NCBI GenBank assembly: GCA_963782055.1
Contig: CAWAIF010000003.1
Location: forward strand, 5,792,001-5,856,000
Length of the DNA stretch: 64,000 bases
DNA from: an uncultured delta proteobacterium
GTDB lineage: Bacteria > Myxococcota_A > Polyangia > Polyangiales > Polyangiaceae
Direction: 5' to 3'
This document shows, one piece after another, positions 19,214 through 28,995 of the stretch. The position numbers were made by a program, and so were the translations under genes. The notes under the pieces were generated by a model. It searched no databases, was not told where the DNA came from, and saw nothing but the letters and a program-made list of their open reading frames with translations. The first letter of the stretch is position 1. Every line of letters begins with the position of its first letter.

Positions 19214-19447
19214 ATGAGCACATCCAAGCCCGCGTGCGGCCCCCACACCGTCGTCGTCAACACCGAGGGCGTCCGCGTGGCGCGGTGCCCGTGCGGGACG
19301 TTCCACGTCACGCTGGTGCAGTCGGGGGTCACCGTGCAGATGTCCGCGGCGCGCATGGCGGAGCTCGGCCGCGCCATCGCGGTCGCCGTGCCCACCTCTC
19401 CCGACGGCGGGCAGGTGCGGGCGCTCGGCACGTCGTCCATCAACTGA
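19214..19447 (+). CDS. Small hypothetical protein (CPCG..H motif)
   Basis: Good codon bias; co-oriented with the following protease. Confidence 0.55.
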   Translation: MSTSKPACGPHTVVVNTEGVRVARCPCGTFHVTLVQSGVTVQMSAARMAELGRAIAVAVPTSPDGGQVRALGTSSIN

Positions 19448-19469
19448 CCCCACAGCTTCAGAGGCTCCG

Positions 19470-20669
19470 ATGACCCGCGCTTTGCTCGCGACCCGTGGTG
19501 CGTTCTTCCTCCTCGCCACGGGCCTCGCGCTGGCCTGCTCGTCCACCGCGCCGGACCCGACGGCCTCGCAGGGCGCGCCCATCATCGGCGGGAAGAACTC
19601 CGACGCGTCGCAGGACTACGTGGTGCTGCTGGTGCACTACGACCCGCAGAACCCCAACGTGGAGTCGTGCAGCGGGACACTGGTCGCGCCCAACCTGGTG
19701 CTCACCGCGCGCCACTGCGTGTCGTCCACCACCGCGCAGGCCTTCGGGTGCGACGGCAACGGCAACCTCATCGGCGGCGGCACGCAGGTGGGCGCCGACT
19801 TCAACGCCACCACCCTCTACGTCTTCACCGGGACCAACCGGCCGAACTTCGGGCAGAACGTGACGCCCGCGGCGCAGGGCCAGCAGATCTACCACGACGA
19901 CTCGAAGGTCCTCTGCAACCACGACATCGCCCTCATCCGGCTGGACCAGGAGATCCCGGGCGTGCCCATCGCGCAGATCCGGCTGGACGACCCGCCGACG
20001 GAGGGTGAGACCTTCACCGCCGTCGGCTGGGGAGTGACGGAGAAGACACCGTCCCCTTCGGTGCGCCAGCAGCGCACCGGCATCCCCATCCAGAAGCTCG
20101 GACCCTTCATGGGCGATCAGGTGACCGAGCCGGTGCCGCCGAACGACTTTTTGGTGCCAGAGTCCATCTGCAGCGGCGATAGCGGCGGGCCGGCGCTCGA
20201 CAGCGCGACGAGCGCGGTGATCGGCGTCGTCTCCCGCGGCGGCAACGGCACCTCCAACCCGAACGACCCTTCCGCCGGGTGCATCTCGGCGACGAACTTC
20301 TACACCCGCGTCGACCCCTTCAAGGACATGATCCTCGGCGCCTTCTCCGACGCCGGCCACGACCCGTGGCTGGAGGGAGGGCCGGACCCGAGCCTCGCCA
20401 AGTTCGGGGAAGCGTGCGACTCGCCGGACGCGTGCCAGTCGGGCGTGTGCCTGGACGCGCAGCAGACGTGCACGCAGGAGTGCGACCCGGACAACCCGTG
20501 CCCCGACGGCTACGACTGCCAGGACTCCGGCGGCACGTCGTACTGCTTCCCGCACGTCGACCCGCCCGCGCAGAGCGGGGGGTGCAACACGAGCGGCGGG
20601 GGATCGCGGACGGGGAGCGCGGTGCTGTTCGGGCTGGGCCTGGTCGCGCTGCTCCGCAAGCGGCGCTGA
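19470..20669 (+). CDS. Trypsin-like S1 serine protease with lipobox, Cys-rich repeats and MYXO-CTERM tail
   Basis: CSGTL...LTARHC, DIALI, GDSGGP triad; C-terminal GGC...TM-RKRR. Confidence 0.92.
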   Translation: MTRALLATRGAFFLLATGLALACSSTAPDPTASQGAPIIGGKNSDASQDYVVLLVHYDPQNPNVESCSGTLVAPNLVLTARHCVSSTTAQAFGCDGNGNLIGGGTQVGADFNATTLYVFTGTNRPNFGQNVTPAAQGQQIYHDDSKVLCNHDIALIRLDQEIPGVPIAQIRLDDPPTEGETFTAVGWGVTEKTPSPSVRQQRTGIPIQKLGPFMGDQVTEPVPPNDFLVPESICSGDSGGPALDSATSAVIGVVSRGGNGTSNPNDPSAGCISATNFYTRVDPFKDMILGAFSDAGHDPWLEGGPDPSLAKFGEACDSPDACQSGVCLDAQQTCTQECDPDNPCPDGYDCQDSGGTSYCFPHVDPPAQSGGCNTSGGGSRTGSAVLFGLGLVALLRKRR

Positions 20670-20679
20670 TCCGCGCCGG

Positions 20680-21504
20680 TCACTGCGCCATGCCCGTCGT
20701 GCAGAAGGCGCCGCCCGGGTAGCTCTGCGCGGCCGCGAGGCAGATGCTGCTGGCGACGCACATGCTGTAGTGGTCGGCGGTCGCCTGCGACGCGCTGTCG
20801 AGCGTGTAGGTGAGGCACATGCGCCCGTTGTCGAGGGTGGAGCAGAACCCGCCGTCCCCGCGCTGGCAAGGCAGGGCATCGGTGGTGTTGTACGTATCCT
20901 GGCACATGCTGACCGGGTGAAGCGGCGATCGGCCGGTGCAGGTCTGGTGCGCCGGGTCGGGACAGGCCCCACAAGCGCCGCCGCACAGGTTCAGGCCGGC
21001 GGAGACCGGCGGGCAGGTCGTCGGTGGCGGGGGGATGGGCGCGCCGGTGTAGGCGCTACGATCGGAGTAGAGGGCGAGGTCGGGCCGGCCGTTCAGGGCG
21101 TAGAGCTGTGCCAGCTCCTCCTTCACACAACCGGTGAGGGGACTGCAGCTAGGACATTCCCAAATCGTGCCGTTCAGCGCGCCGTCCGGACACTGCCACT
21201 CGTTGCCATCAGGAGGTTCGGGATCGGTACCTCCCTGGCACACCCGAAGAGCCCCCCCATCGGTACCCAGTTGCGGTGGGGCACATTGCGAACAGTCGGC
21301 TCCACACTGATTTGGACCGCCGCAGATGAGGATGCCGCTCGGGGAGCTGCACTTGGTCCACCCGCCTCCATCGCCGCCGCCGCCGCCGTCGGACAGGCCC
21401 CCGTCGGCGGCGCCTCCGTCGTCACCGGCGCCGATCCGCCCGCCGCAACCCAGGACGCCGGCGACGAGCAACGCGAACAGCACGCTCTCGTAGGGCACGT
21501 TCAC
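20680..21504 (-). CDS. Cys-rich lipoprotein, hypothetical
   Basis: GTG at 21504 overlaps upstream TGA; lipobox VLGC; ~20 Cys; atypical AT-ending codons. Confidence 0.7.
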   Translation of the reverse strand: MNVPYESVLFALLVAGVLGCGGRIGAGDDGGAADGGLSDGGGGGDGGGWTKCSSPSGILICGGPNQCGADCSQCAPPQLGTDGGALRVCQGGTDPEPPDGNEWQCPDGALNGTIWECPSCSPLTGCVKEELAQLYALNGRPDLALYSDRSAYTGAPIPPPPTTCPPVSAGLNLCGGACGACPDPAHQTCTGRSPLHPVSMCQDTYNTTDALPCQRGDGGFCSTLDNGRMCLTYTLDSASQATADHYSMCVASSICLAAAQSYPGGAFCTTGMAQ

Positions 21505-21926
21505 TGGACGGCCACGTCGCAGTCGTACTTGTCCGGATTCGACGAGACCTTCTTGCAGTTGGTCGCCGAGTAGGTCTTGCCGTCGAACGTCGCCCTGACG
21601 AACGCTCGCCGCTGGGGCAAGAAGATGGAAGGCCCGGCTGCCGGCACACCGTAGTGCGGGGGATCGCACATCTGGCCGAGGCCCTGCGCGTAGGTGAGCG
21701 CGCCGCGTGCCGTGAGGTCCTCCAGGATGAGCCACGCCACGAAGGAGGGGTTGTCGTACTCCTTGTCCTCGTCGACGAAGACCAGCTCGACGCCGTCCGG
21801 AAAGACGTTGAGTCGCCGCGCGGGCAGGGTGTACCGGCATACGTTGTTCCCGTTGAGACGCGGCACGCAGCGGGGGGTCTTGTACATCGACCCGACCAAC
21901 CCCGTCGCCCTCATGAACATACGCAT
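21501..21926 (-). CDS. Hypothetical protein, possibly a 5'-truncated remnant
   Basis: Coding-like C-terminal part coupled to next gene; no convincing start or signal peptide. Confidence 0.5.
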   Translation of the reverse strand: MRMFMRATGLVGSMYKTPRCVPRLNGNNVCRYTLPARRLNVFPDGVELVFVDEDKEYDNPSFVAWLILEDLTARGALTYAQGLGQMCDPPHYGVPAAGPSIFLPQRRAFVRATFDGKTYSATNCKKVSSNPDKYDCDVAVQ

Positions 21927-22094
21927 CGTCGTCCTCCCGTCAGCAGTTGCCCACGCGATGGCGTGGCAGACACCTTGCGCGTGCCCGTCGGCGCATGCCA
22001 CTGAAAGGTTTCTAGTGACTAGTGATCGGCACGTGCGGGCGAGCGGCGAGCATCATCCTCCAGCTCCCGCCACCGCGCCCTCACTCTCGGTCGC

Positions 22095-22859
22095 TCAAGG
22101 CGTCTCGGCGTTGACGATCGCGACCGCGTCCAGGTCGAAGCCGGCGTTGTTGCTGCGGAGCTTCGGGTCGGTCGGGCATGTCTCGTAGCCCATGTCGCGG
22201 ACTCGCACGTAGCGCGCGCGCGTCACGCCCACGTCGGCGAGGTCGAAGGCGTCGCCGCCGCACGCCGGGTAGTCCACCGGGGAGATCGTCCCGTTGCGTG
22301 CAGAGTACACGGGATGCCAGCCGGCGCACGCCCCGTACGGCGCCTGCGTCGCGGTGCAGGGGAACGTGTGCCAGGTCTGCCCATCGTCGCTCACGCTGAC
22401 CTCCCCCGGCTCGGCGTAGACGTCATCCGGGTTGCCGCCGATGTCGAAGGCGTTCTCGAAGACGACGAAGTCGACGCCCGGCCCGTCGACGATGGCGTTG
22501 GGCGCGAAGGAGAGCTCGATGCTGCCGCCGACGCCGAGCGACACCACGTCCAGGCTGCCCTGCGAGTCGCCGGCGCCGTCGGGCGGGCCCATCACGATCC
22601 CGGGGAGCTCCGGCGCGCCGAAGCCGCCGCAGTGGCCGGGGGTGAAGGAGACGACGGAGGTGACGAAGCGGTCGGCGCGGACGGTGCCTCCGTCGGGCAG
22701 CGGGTAGCCGCCGTCGAGGGGCGCGAGGCCGGCGTCGGCGGGGGGACCGGCGTCGCCGAAGGAGATCACGCCGGCGTCGGCGGCGGGGCCGGAGGGCGCG
22801 GGCGAGGAGCACGCGAGGGCGAGCGCGGGGAGCGCGAGCAGGAGCGATCTTCGAGCCAC
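22095..22859 (-). CDS. Cell-surface lipoprotein, candidate cobalamin-binding protein
   Basis: Lipobox LALAC; VSLG.GG.I...F...I.DGPG.DFVVFENAF...EPG.V.VS.DG...GGDAFDL...GFDLDA; directly downstream of a B12 riboswitch. Confidence 0.8.
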   Translation of the reverse strand: MARRSLLLALPALALACSSPAPSGPAADAGVISFGDAGPPADAGLAPLDGGYPLPDGGTVRADRFVTSVVSFTPGHCGGFGAPELPGIVMGPPDGAGDSQGSLDVVSLGVGGSIELSFAPNAIVDGPGVDFVVFENAFDIGGNPDDVYAEPGEVSVSDDGQTWHTFPCTATQAPYGACAGWHPVYSARNGTISPVDYPACGGDAFDLADVGVTRARYVRVRDMGYETCPTDPKLRSNNAGFDLDAVAIVNAETP

Positions 22860-22944
22860 CGGGACCTCCAGCCGCGTGGCACGCGCGGCGCTCGGAGAGC
22901 GGCCCGGGGGATCCTTGCACCATGCAACGATTTCCGGACCGCGT

Positions 22945-23110
22945 CGGAGTGGAGGTTTTCTGGCTCCCGGATCACCCTCCCCGTCGCGCCTTCCCCTCGC
23001 CTCGCGGCAAAAGTGGCCTTCGCGACGGTTCGTCCCCGGTCACAGCGGCGGCACCGCGTCGGACTCGCACCGACTTCCCTACGTCTCGACGAGGCACCTC
23101 GTAGCACGCG
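22945..23110 (-). ncRNA. Cobalamin (B12) riboswitch
   Basis: Minus strand: AGGTGCC...AGGGAAGTCGGTGCGAGTCCGACGCGGTGCCGCCGCTGTGA...GCCACT...GGGAAGG...GAGCCAGAAAACCT (B12-box). Confidence 0.93.
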
Positions 23111-23279
23111 CCCAGGCCGCTTGCACGTCTCGCCTGCCTTGACGCCCAACTGATGACTAGGTAGCGTCGCGCGCGCCGCGGTCCGGACCATGGCCACGGC
23201 CAGCGGAGGACGGGCTTCGTGGCCGCTCCCGGCCGCGGATCGCGCATCGACTGCAAGCCTGCCGGGGGTTCGAGAAGCC

Positions 23280-24410
23280 ATGAAGACCACGCCCGTTCTG
23301 CTCGCGGGGCTGTCCCTCGCCACGCTCCTCGCCTGCGTCGGGGACTCGCCGAACGCCCCGGCCGACGCCGGTGGCACGCCGGAGGCTGCGGCGCCGGGGA
23401 CCGAAGGTCAGCCGTGCTACCCCAACCACACGTGCGAGGCGACGCTCACGTGCGTGAGCAACGTCTGCGTCCAGCTCGGGGGCGACGCGGGACCGGACGC
23501 CGCGGCAGACGCCCCGACCGACGCCCCGACCGACGCGGCGCCGGACGCCGGCTGCGGACTGACGACCTGCCCGGTGGTGCTCGCCTCGGGCCAGAGCACT
23601 CCAGAAAGCATCGCGGTGGATGGGACCAGCGTCTACTGGGCCAATCAGGTGGCGAGCACGGGCACCGTCATGAAGGTGGCCAAGAGCGGCGGGAGCCCCG
23701 TGCCGCTCGCCACCGGGCAGGACTTGCCGGAGGCTGTGGTCTCCGACGGGACCGACGTGTTCTGGACGACAGCCCCGCTGCAGTCGGCCGGCGCCATCAT
23801 GAAGGTCCCGGTTGGGGGCGGGAGCGTGACGGCCCTGGCGTCCGGCCTCCATCACGACTGGGCGCTCGCCGTCGACTCGCTCTACGTCTACTACACCGCC
23901 TCCAACGCCATCTGGCGCGTGCCGATCGCGGGGGGTGCGCCTTCCACGATCTCGCCCCAGCTCACCAACGAAGCGGTCACCGTCTCCGTCGACGCCCAGA
24001 GCGTGTACTTCGGCGACAGCGTTGGCCAGGTGCAGAAGCTCCCGCTCGGTGGAGGAAGCGTGACCGCGCTCTCCGGCCCCACCGCGGACTTCGTCGCCGA
24101 GCTGGTGGTGGACAGCACGAACGTCTACTGGGCCACCGACAAGGCGGGCTACGTGCGGGAGATGGGCAAGGACGGCTCCAACCCGATCAACATCGGCACG
24201 CACCAGACTCCGCCGGGAGGTCTGGCCGTGGACGCGCAGTTCGTCTACTGGGCCGACTTGACCGCCGGCACCGTTCTTCGCGCCCCCATCGGGGGCGGCA
24301 GCGTCCAGAAGATTGCGCAAGCGCAGGTCGCGCCTGGCGCCATCGCCGTCGACGCGCAGTACGCCTACTGGACCAACGGCGACGGCACCATCAAGAAGGT
24401 CGCCAAGTAG
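23280..24410 (+). CDS. Lipoprotein with beta-propeller repeats (IAVD..xVYW; DUF5050/LRP-like)
   Basis: Lipobox LLAC, Cys-rich module, ~6 repeats of the AVDxxxVYW...KVPxGGG type. Confidence 0.85.
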   Translation: MKTTPVLLAGLSLATLLACVGDSPNAPADAGGTPEAAAPGTEGQPCYPNHTCEATLTCVSNVCVQLGGDAGPDAAADAPTDAPTDAAPDAGCGLTTCPVVLASGQSTPESIAVDGTSVYWANQVASTGTVMKVAKSGGSPVPLATGQDLPEAVVSDGTDVFWTTAPLQSAGAIMKVPVGGGSVTALASGLHHDWALAVDSLYVYYTASNAIWRVPIAGGAPSTISPQLTNEAVTVSVDAQSVYFGDSVGQVQKLPLGGGSVTALSGPTADFVAELVVDSTNVYWATDKAGYVREMGKDGSNPINIGTHQTPPGGLAVDAQFVYWADLTAGTVLRAPIGGGSVQKIAQAQVAPGAIAVDAQYAYWTNGDGTIKKVAK

Positions 24411-24428
24411 CGAGCTCGACCGCTCCGC

Positions 24429-25328
24429 TCAGTCGGGGTTGCCCCGCAGCGGGCCGCCGGGCGTCTTCGCGGGGATCTCCGCGCGCACCCGGCCCGCCTG
24501 GGCGTGGCGCTCCAGGATGTCCAGGCGCTTGACCGTCTCGGCGCGGAAGGCCGCCAGCTCCCGCTGGATGCCCTCGATCCCGACCTCGTTCTTCAGGTTG
24601 ACGTGGAAGTCGGTCTCCGCCTGCGCGCGGTCCTTCATCGTCTGCCGGTTCTGGCTCATGACGATGAGCGGGCCCTGCAGCGCGACCAGGACGGCGAGGA
24701 AGAGGTTGTAGAACTGGTACGGGTACTCGTCGAAGGGCTTGGGCAGGAAGGTGTTGGCGAAGGACCAGGCGCAGGAGAGCACGAGCAGGAAGATGATGAA
24801 GGCCCAGCTCCCGTTCAGGTCTGCCACCTTGTCGGCGAGGCGCTGGCCCCAGGTGAAGTTCTCCTCGATCTCCTTGACCGCGTTGGTCGCCGCGCGCTGG
24901 CTGAGCAAGGCGTTCGTCTCGCGCAGGCGCTCCGCCATCTCGCTCAGGATCTTGAGGGCGGCGTCCCTGGACTTGCTCAGGTGATCGCCGAACTCGTCGC
25001 GCGTGAGCTCGAGGAGGGTGGTGTCGGTCGTGGCGGCGATGCTCGCCGAGCGGGGCTTGTCGTCGAAGAGAGAGAGCTCGCCGAAGTACTCGCCGGTGCG
25101 GACGTCCTTCAGGATGACGGGCGGCGTGTCCTTGTCCGGCGAGGGCAGGAAGATCTGCACCGAGCCGGAGAGGACGATGTACATCGACGAGCCCTTGTCG
25201 CCCTTGTCGAAGACCTTGTCGCCCGCCTTGTACTTGCGCTCGGTGAGGCGCTTGCCGAGCGCCTCGCGGTCCTCGTCGGAGAGGCCCTCGAAGAGGGGGA
25301 TCTGAGCGAGGAGATCCGCGTGACGCAT
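24429..25328 (-). CDS. cNMP-binding domain + DUF1003 membrane protein
   Basis: GEYFGELSLFDDKPRSAS; GQRLADKVA...GSWAFI...FDEYPY...PLIVMSQNRQ. Confidence 0.9.
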   Translation of the reverse strand: MRHADLLAQIPLFEGLSDEDREALGKRLTERKYKAGDKVFDKGDKGSSMYIVLSGSVQIFLPSPDKDTPPVILKDVRTGEYFGELSLFDDKPRSASIAATTDTTLLELTRDEFGDHLSKSRDAALKILSEMAERLRETNALLSQRAATNAVKEIEENFTWGQRLADKVADLNGSWAFIIFLLVLSCAWSFANTFLPKPFDEYPYQFYNLFLAVLVALQGPLIVMSQNRQTMKDRAQAETDFHVNLKNEVGIEGIQRELAAFRAETVKRLDILERHAQAGRVRAEIPAKTPGGPLRGNPD

Positions 25329-25426
25329 CGCTGCCCATGGTCGCAAGGCCGCGCGCGGGGCGCAAGCCGTCGATCGCACCCCGGATCCGGCCGATCCGGG
25401 GGCGCGCGGGGCGCGTAGAAGCTGAG

Positions 25427-25813
25427 GTGCGGCGGATCGCGCGGTGGCTCCTGGCGGCGGCGATGACGGCGGTCGGCGCCCTCCACTTCGTCCTGACCCC
25501 GGCATTTGCCCACATCGTGCCCGCGTGGCTGCCTCACGCCGTGGCGCTCGTGCTCGTCAGCGGCGCCTGCGAGATCGCCGGCGGCGTGGGGCTTCTGATC
25601 CCGCGCACCCGTCGCGCCGCGAGCCTGGGCCTCGTCGCGCTCTACGTGGCGGTGTTCCCGGCCAACGTCAACATGGTCGCGCACCCCGCGCTGGGCGGCG
25701 CCCTCCCGCTCTGGGCGCTCTGGGCGCGGCTCCCGCTGCAGATCCTCTTCATCGCGTGGGCGCTGTGGGTCGGGCGCGACGCACCGGCCACCCCGTCAAC
25801 GACAGTCGACTGA
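25427..25813 (+). CDS. DoxX-like membrane protein
   Basis: G.LHF...IVP.WLP...SG.CEI.GG..L...VFPANV.M...RLPLQ. Confidence 0.85.
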   Translation: MRRIARWLLAAAMTAVGALHFVLTPAFAHIVPAWLPHAVALVLVSGACEIAGGVGLLIPRTRRAASLGLVALYVAVFPANVNMVAHPALGGALPLWALWARLPLQILFIAWALWVGRDAPATPSTTVD

Positions 25814-26551
25814 TCCGCGAAGCAACTCCAGGTCCGCGGCGGTCAGCTTGTCGATGTCGACGCGCGAGTGCTCGTCCCTCAGCTGGACCGCGCCCAGTGA
25901 CGCAGGGTCCGGCTCGTCTGCCTGGACGACGAGCTTGCCCCGGCGGCCGATGAGCTTCGGCGAGCGAGGCGACCCGCCGTGCAGGACGAAATCGCCCTCC
26001 GCCGTGACGTCGAGGACGTAGCGAGGGCGCATGACCAGCGCCCAGAGCACGTTGAGGCCCGTCAGCACCGCGGCCCAGCCGACGATGCCGAGCAGCACCG
26101 CCCAGCCGGCGGGCAGCCATGTCGCCAGCGCGAGCACCGCCGGGACCACGATGAAGACCCCGGGGTTGATGAAGGCGAAGCCGAAGCCCCAAGGCAGCTG
26201 GGCGAGGAGCTTGTCGCGCAGCAGCTCGCGCTCGATGACCATGTGCACCGCCTGCCCCTGCCGCCGCGCCGACACGCGCATGGGACGCCTCGCGAGCCGG
26301 GCGGCACGCCGCGCGCGCTTCCTGTCCTGGATCGCCCGGGCGCGCCCCTGCGCCATCAGCTCCGCCCGCTCGCGCGCCGCCACGATCTCGCTGATGGACG
26401 AGGCCTCGCTCGGGGCGAGCGGCGCGAGGCCGGTCGGCTGAGGGGCGGGCGGCGCGGCGCCACCCGCGAGCTGCCCGCGCAGCTCCTCCACCTCCTCCTC
26501 CAGCGCGGACACCTTCGCCCGGAGCGCCTCCGTCTCGTCGCGGTACGTCAC
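25796..26551 (-). CDS. Hypothetical membrane protein with N-terminal coiled coil
   Basis: YRDETEALRAKV coiled coil; two TM helices. Confidence 0.7.
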   Translation of the reverse strand: MTYRDETEALRAKVSALEEEVEELRGQLAGGAAPPAPQPTGLAPLAPSEASSISEIVAARERAELMAQGRARAIQDRKRARRAARLARRPMRVSARRQGQAVHMVIERELLRDKLLAQLPWGFGFAFINPGVFIVVPAVLALATWLPAGWAVLLGIVGWAAVLTGLNVLWALVMRPRYVLDVTAEGDFVLHGGSPRSPKLIGRRGKLVVQADEPDPASLGAVQLRDEHSRVDIDKLTAADLELLRGSVDCR

Positions 26552-26618
26552 GGCGCTCCGGATCTTACTCCTCTCCTCCGCGCGCGCGAGCCTCCCTGTG
26601 CACGCCGCTCGCGGCGTC

Positions 26619-27965
26619 TCAGTGCGCGGGCGCGTCGCTGGACGGCTTGGCGTTCCAGAGCGTGAGCATGATCAGCGCGCCGATAGCCGAGAAGGGGATC
26701 AGGGTCCAGGTCCACACCGCCCAGTGCCACTCGTCCAGCACCGCGCCGAGGCCGATGCCCGTGAGGCCGGCCCCCACGTACTGGATGCCGTCGAGCAGCC
26801 CGGCGGCCGTCGCCGCGGCCTTTCGTCCGCCGAAGTCCATCGACGCGGTGCCGCTGAGCATGCCGTGCACGCCGAAGATCCACATGCACGAGAAGCCGAT
26901 GAGCAGCGCCGCGGCGGTGGGCGAGTGGGTGAGGCCCAGCGCGGCGATCGACCCGATCTGGCCGAGGTAGAAGATGAAGGCGACCGGCGCCCGGCGCGAC
27001 TGGAAGAAGTAGTCGGAGACGAAACCGCACACCAGCGCGCCGGCGATGCCGCCCACGGTGATGCCGGTGGAGGCGATGCCGAACAGGGCCGACCCCTTGT
27101 CGATCTTGTGCACCTCCACCAGGAACTCCGGGAAGTAGAGCAGGAGACCCTGCCGCACGAAGCCGGTGCAGAGCTCCGCCAGGGCGATGCGCCGGAGCAC
27201 GGGGTGCCGGAGCACGTGCCGGGTGACGTCGAAGAAGCCCGGCTCCTTCGACTCCGCGCCCGTCGCCGCCACCTCCGGCATCTTCTCGTCGCCCGTCTCG
27301 AAGTCGGCGTGGCCCGCGTCGCTCGGCCGGTCCCGGATGAGGAACAGGTCGACGACGAGCATCACCCCCATCACCGCCGACGGGACGATGTAGACGACCC
27401 AGAAGCTCTGGTGGCTCGCGGCGAGGAGCCAGCCGCACACGCCGTAGGCGAGCGCGTACCCGGCCGAGATCATCGAGCCGAAGACGCCGCCGAGCACGCC
27501 GCGCTCCCGGACGTGGAACCACGCCGAGTTGACCTTGACGACGCTCAGCGCGCCGAAGGCCTGGAAGAACATGTTCACGGCGTAGAGCGCCGAGAGGCCG
27601 CCGATGAGGCCGATGGGCCAGTGCGTGGCGAAGAGCAGGCCGATGATCAGGTTGAGCACCATGCTGCCCGCGGTGCCCAGCAGGATGGCCTTGCGCCCGC
27701 CAAAGCGGTCCGCCAGCGGGCCGTTGATCAGCACGGCGGCGGCGTAGACCCAGAAGCCGGCCGTCGCCACGATGCCCATCTGGGCCTTGTCGAAGTGGAA
27801 CGCCGTCCCGATGTCGCCCTTGGCGACGTTGAAGTTGTAGCGACCCATGTACAGGGTCGCGTAGGTCAGGCCGAGCGGGAACCAGTTGGCGAAGCGACGC
27901 GCGCGAAACGACCCGGTGTGGCGCGGAGGCGCGGAGGAGGACAGGGACAGCGCAGCGGCGACCAT
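26619..27965 (-). CDS. MFS transporter, GlpT/UhpT (organophosphate:Pi antiporter)-like
   Basis: Y..LYMGRYNF, GPLADRFGGR, WF...ERG, GFVSDYFF.SRR, A.GLLDG..Y.G. Confidence 0.88.
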   Translation of the reverse strand: MVAAALSLSSSAPPRHTGSFRARRFANWFPLGLTYATLYMGRYNFNVAKGDIGTAFHFDKAQMGIVATAGFWVYAAAVLINGPLADRFGGRKAILLGTAGSMVLNLIIGLLFATHWPIGLIGGLSALYAVNMFFQAFGALSVVKVNSAWFHVRERGVLGGVFGSMISAGYALAYGVCGWLLAASHQSFWVVYIVPSAVMGVMLVVDLFLIRDRPSDAGHADFETGDEKMPEVAATGAESKEPGFFDVTRHVLRHPVLRRIALAELCTGFVRQGLLLYFPEFLVEVHKIDKGSALFGIASTGITVGGIAGALVCGFVSDYFFQSRRAPVAFIFYLGQIGSIAALGLTHSPTAAALLIGFSCMWIFGVHGMLSGTASMDFGGRKAAATAAGLLDGIQYVGAGLTGIGLGAVLDEWHWAVWTWTLIPFSAIGALIMLTLWNAKPSSDAPAH

Positions 27966-28162
27966 GCAGCGTTTCCGCTTATAGCCATAGACCAGGGCGC
28001 CGTCAGTCGCGTTCGTCGAATGTGACAGACGTGTGAACTCGACACCCACGCCACACGAGGCAGGGGTGTCCCGGGACAGGCAAAGGGGACGCACCGGACA
28101 GGCCGAACACCCGCGAAACGCGGCGGATCCGGGTGGCACGCCGGTTGATGAGGCTGGAGGGC

Positions 28163-28963
28163 ATGAAGCCCCTCATCCTTTTCGCTGCGCTCGCCGCGCT
28201 CTCCTCGTCTCCCTCCGCGTCGCTCGCGCCGCCCCACACCACGGGCTCGGGGGGCTCGGCGTTCGTCGCCGTCTCCTTCTTCGCCATGCAGGGGAGCGTG
28301 CGCGAGATGGGGGGGATGCTGACCGTCGGCTTCCCCTTCGATCGGCTCCTGCCCGGCGGCGGAGGCGCCCCGGCGGTCTCGCGCGCCCTGGCGCAGGGCC
28401 CCGCCACGCCGGACGGTCCGGTGGTGATCGTGCCGGCCGCGCCGCCGCTCACACCGCGCGTGGCGCGCCGGGCGGTTCACGCGGCGTGGCGCGCCGCCGG
28501 CATCGGCTGCGACGACTCCGCGCTCGACGCGATGGTGAAGCGCGCGCGACTCTCCGCCCTGCTGCCGGAGGCGCGCCTGCGGGCGATGCAGTCCAGCGGC
28601 GATCGCCTCTACGAGTACTCCTCGGCGGACAGCTACCACACGACCGACGGCACCGGCACGACCGTCTGGCTGGAGGCTCGCCTCACCTTCCGGCTCGATC
28701 GCCTCCTGTTCACCGAGCAGGAGCTGCAGACACAGCGCATCCGGCTGGACCGCGCGCAGCTGCGCGCGCGGATCGCGGCGAAGGTGGTCGCGGAGATCGC
28801 CAAGTGGGCGCGCGCCCGGGTGGACGAGGCCGCGTCCCCACTCGACTCCGACGCCCGAACCGAGGCGCTCCTGCGCGCCATGGGGGCGGAGGTCACGCTG
28901 GACGTCCTGACCGACGGGTGGTTCTCCCGCTGGCGTGCCTCCGGGGTGCAACCGCGCCCTTGA
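28163..28963 (+). CDS. Exported hypothetical helical protein
   Basis: Signal peptide; LSALLPEARLR...LTFRLDRLLF...LDVLTDGWF. Confidence 0.7.
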   Translation: MKPLILFAALAALSSSPSASLAPPHTTGSGGSAFVAVSFFAMQGSVREMGGMLTVGFPFDRLLPGGGGAPAVSRALAQGPATPDGPVVIVPAAPPLTPRVARRAVHAAWRAAGIGCDDSALDAMVKRARLSALLPEARLRAMQSSGDRLYEYSSADSYHTTDGTGTTVWLEARLTFRLDRLLFTEQELQTQRIRLDRAQLRARIAAKVVAEIAKWARARVDEAASPLDSDARTEALLRAMGAEVTLDVLTDGWFSRWRASGVQPRP

Positions 28964-28995
28964 CCGGACGGGACGGCTGGCCGACGCTCCCGCGG

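Noticed and set aside
28021..28038. TGTGA motifs upstream of the MFS gene as a CRP site
   Set aside because: They form a direct repeat rather than the TGTGA-N6-TCACA palindrome; not enough support
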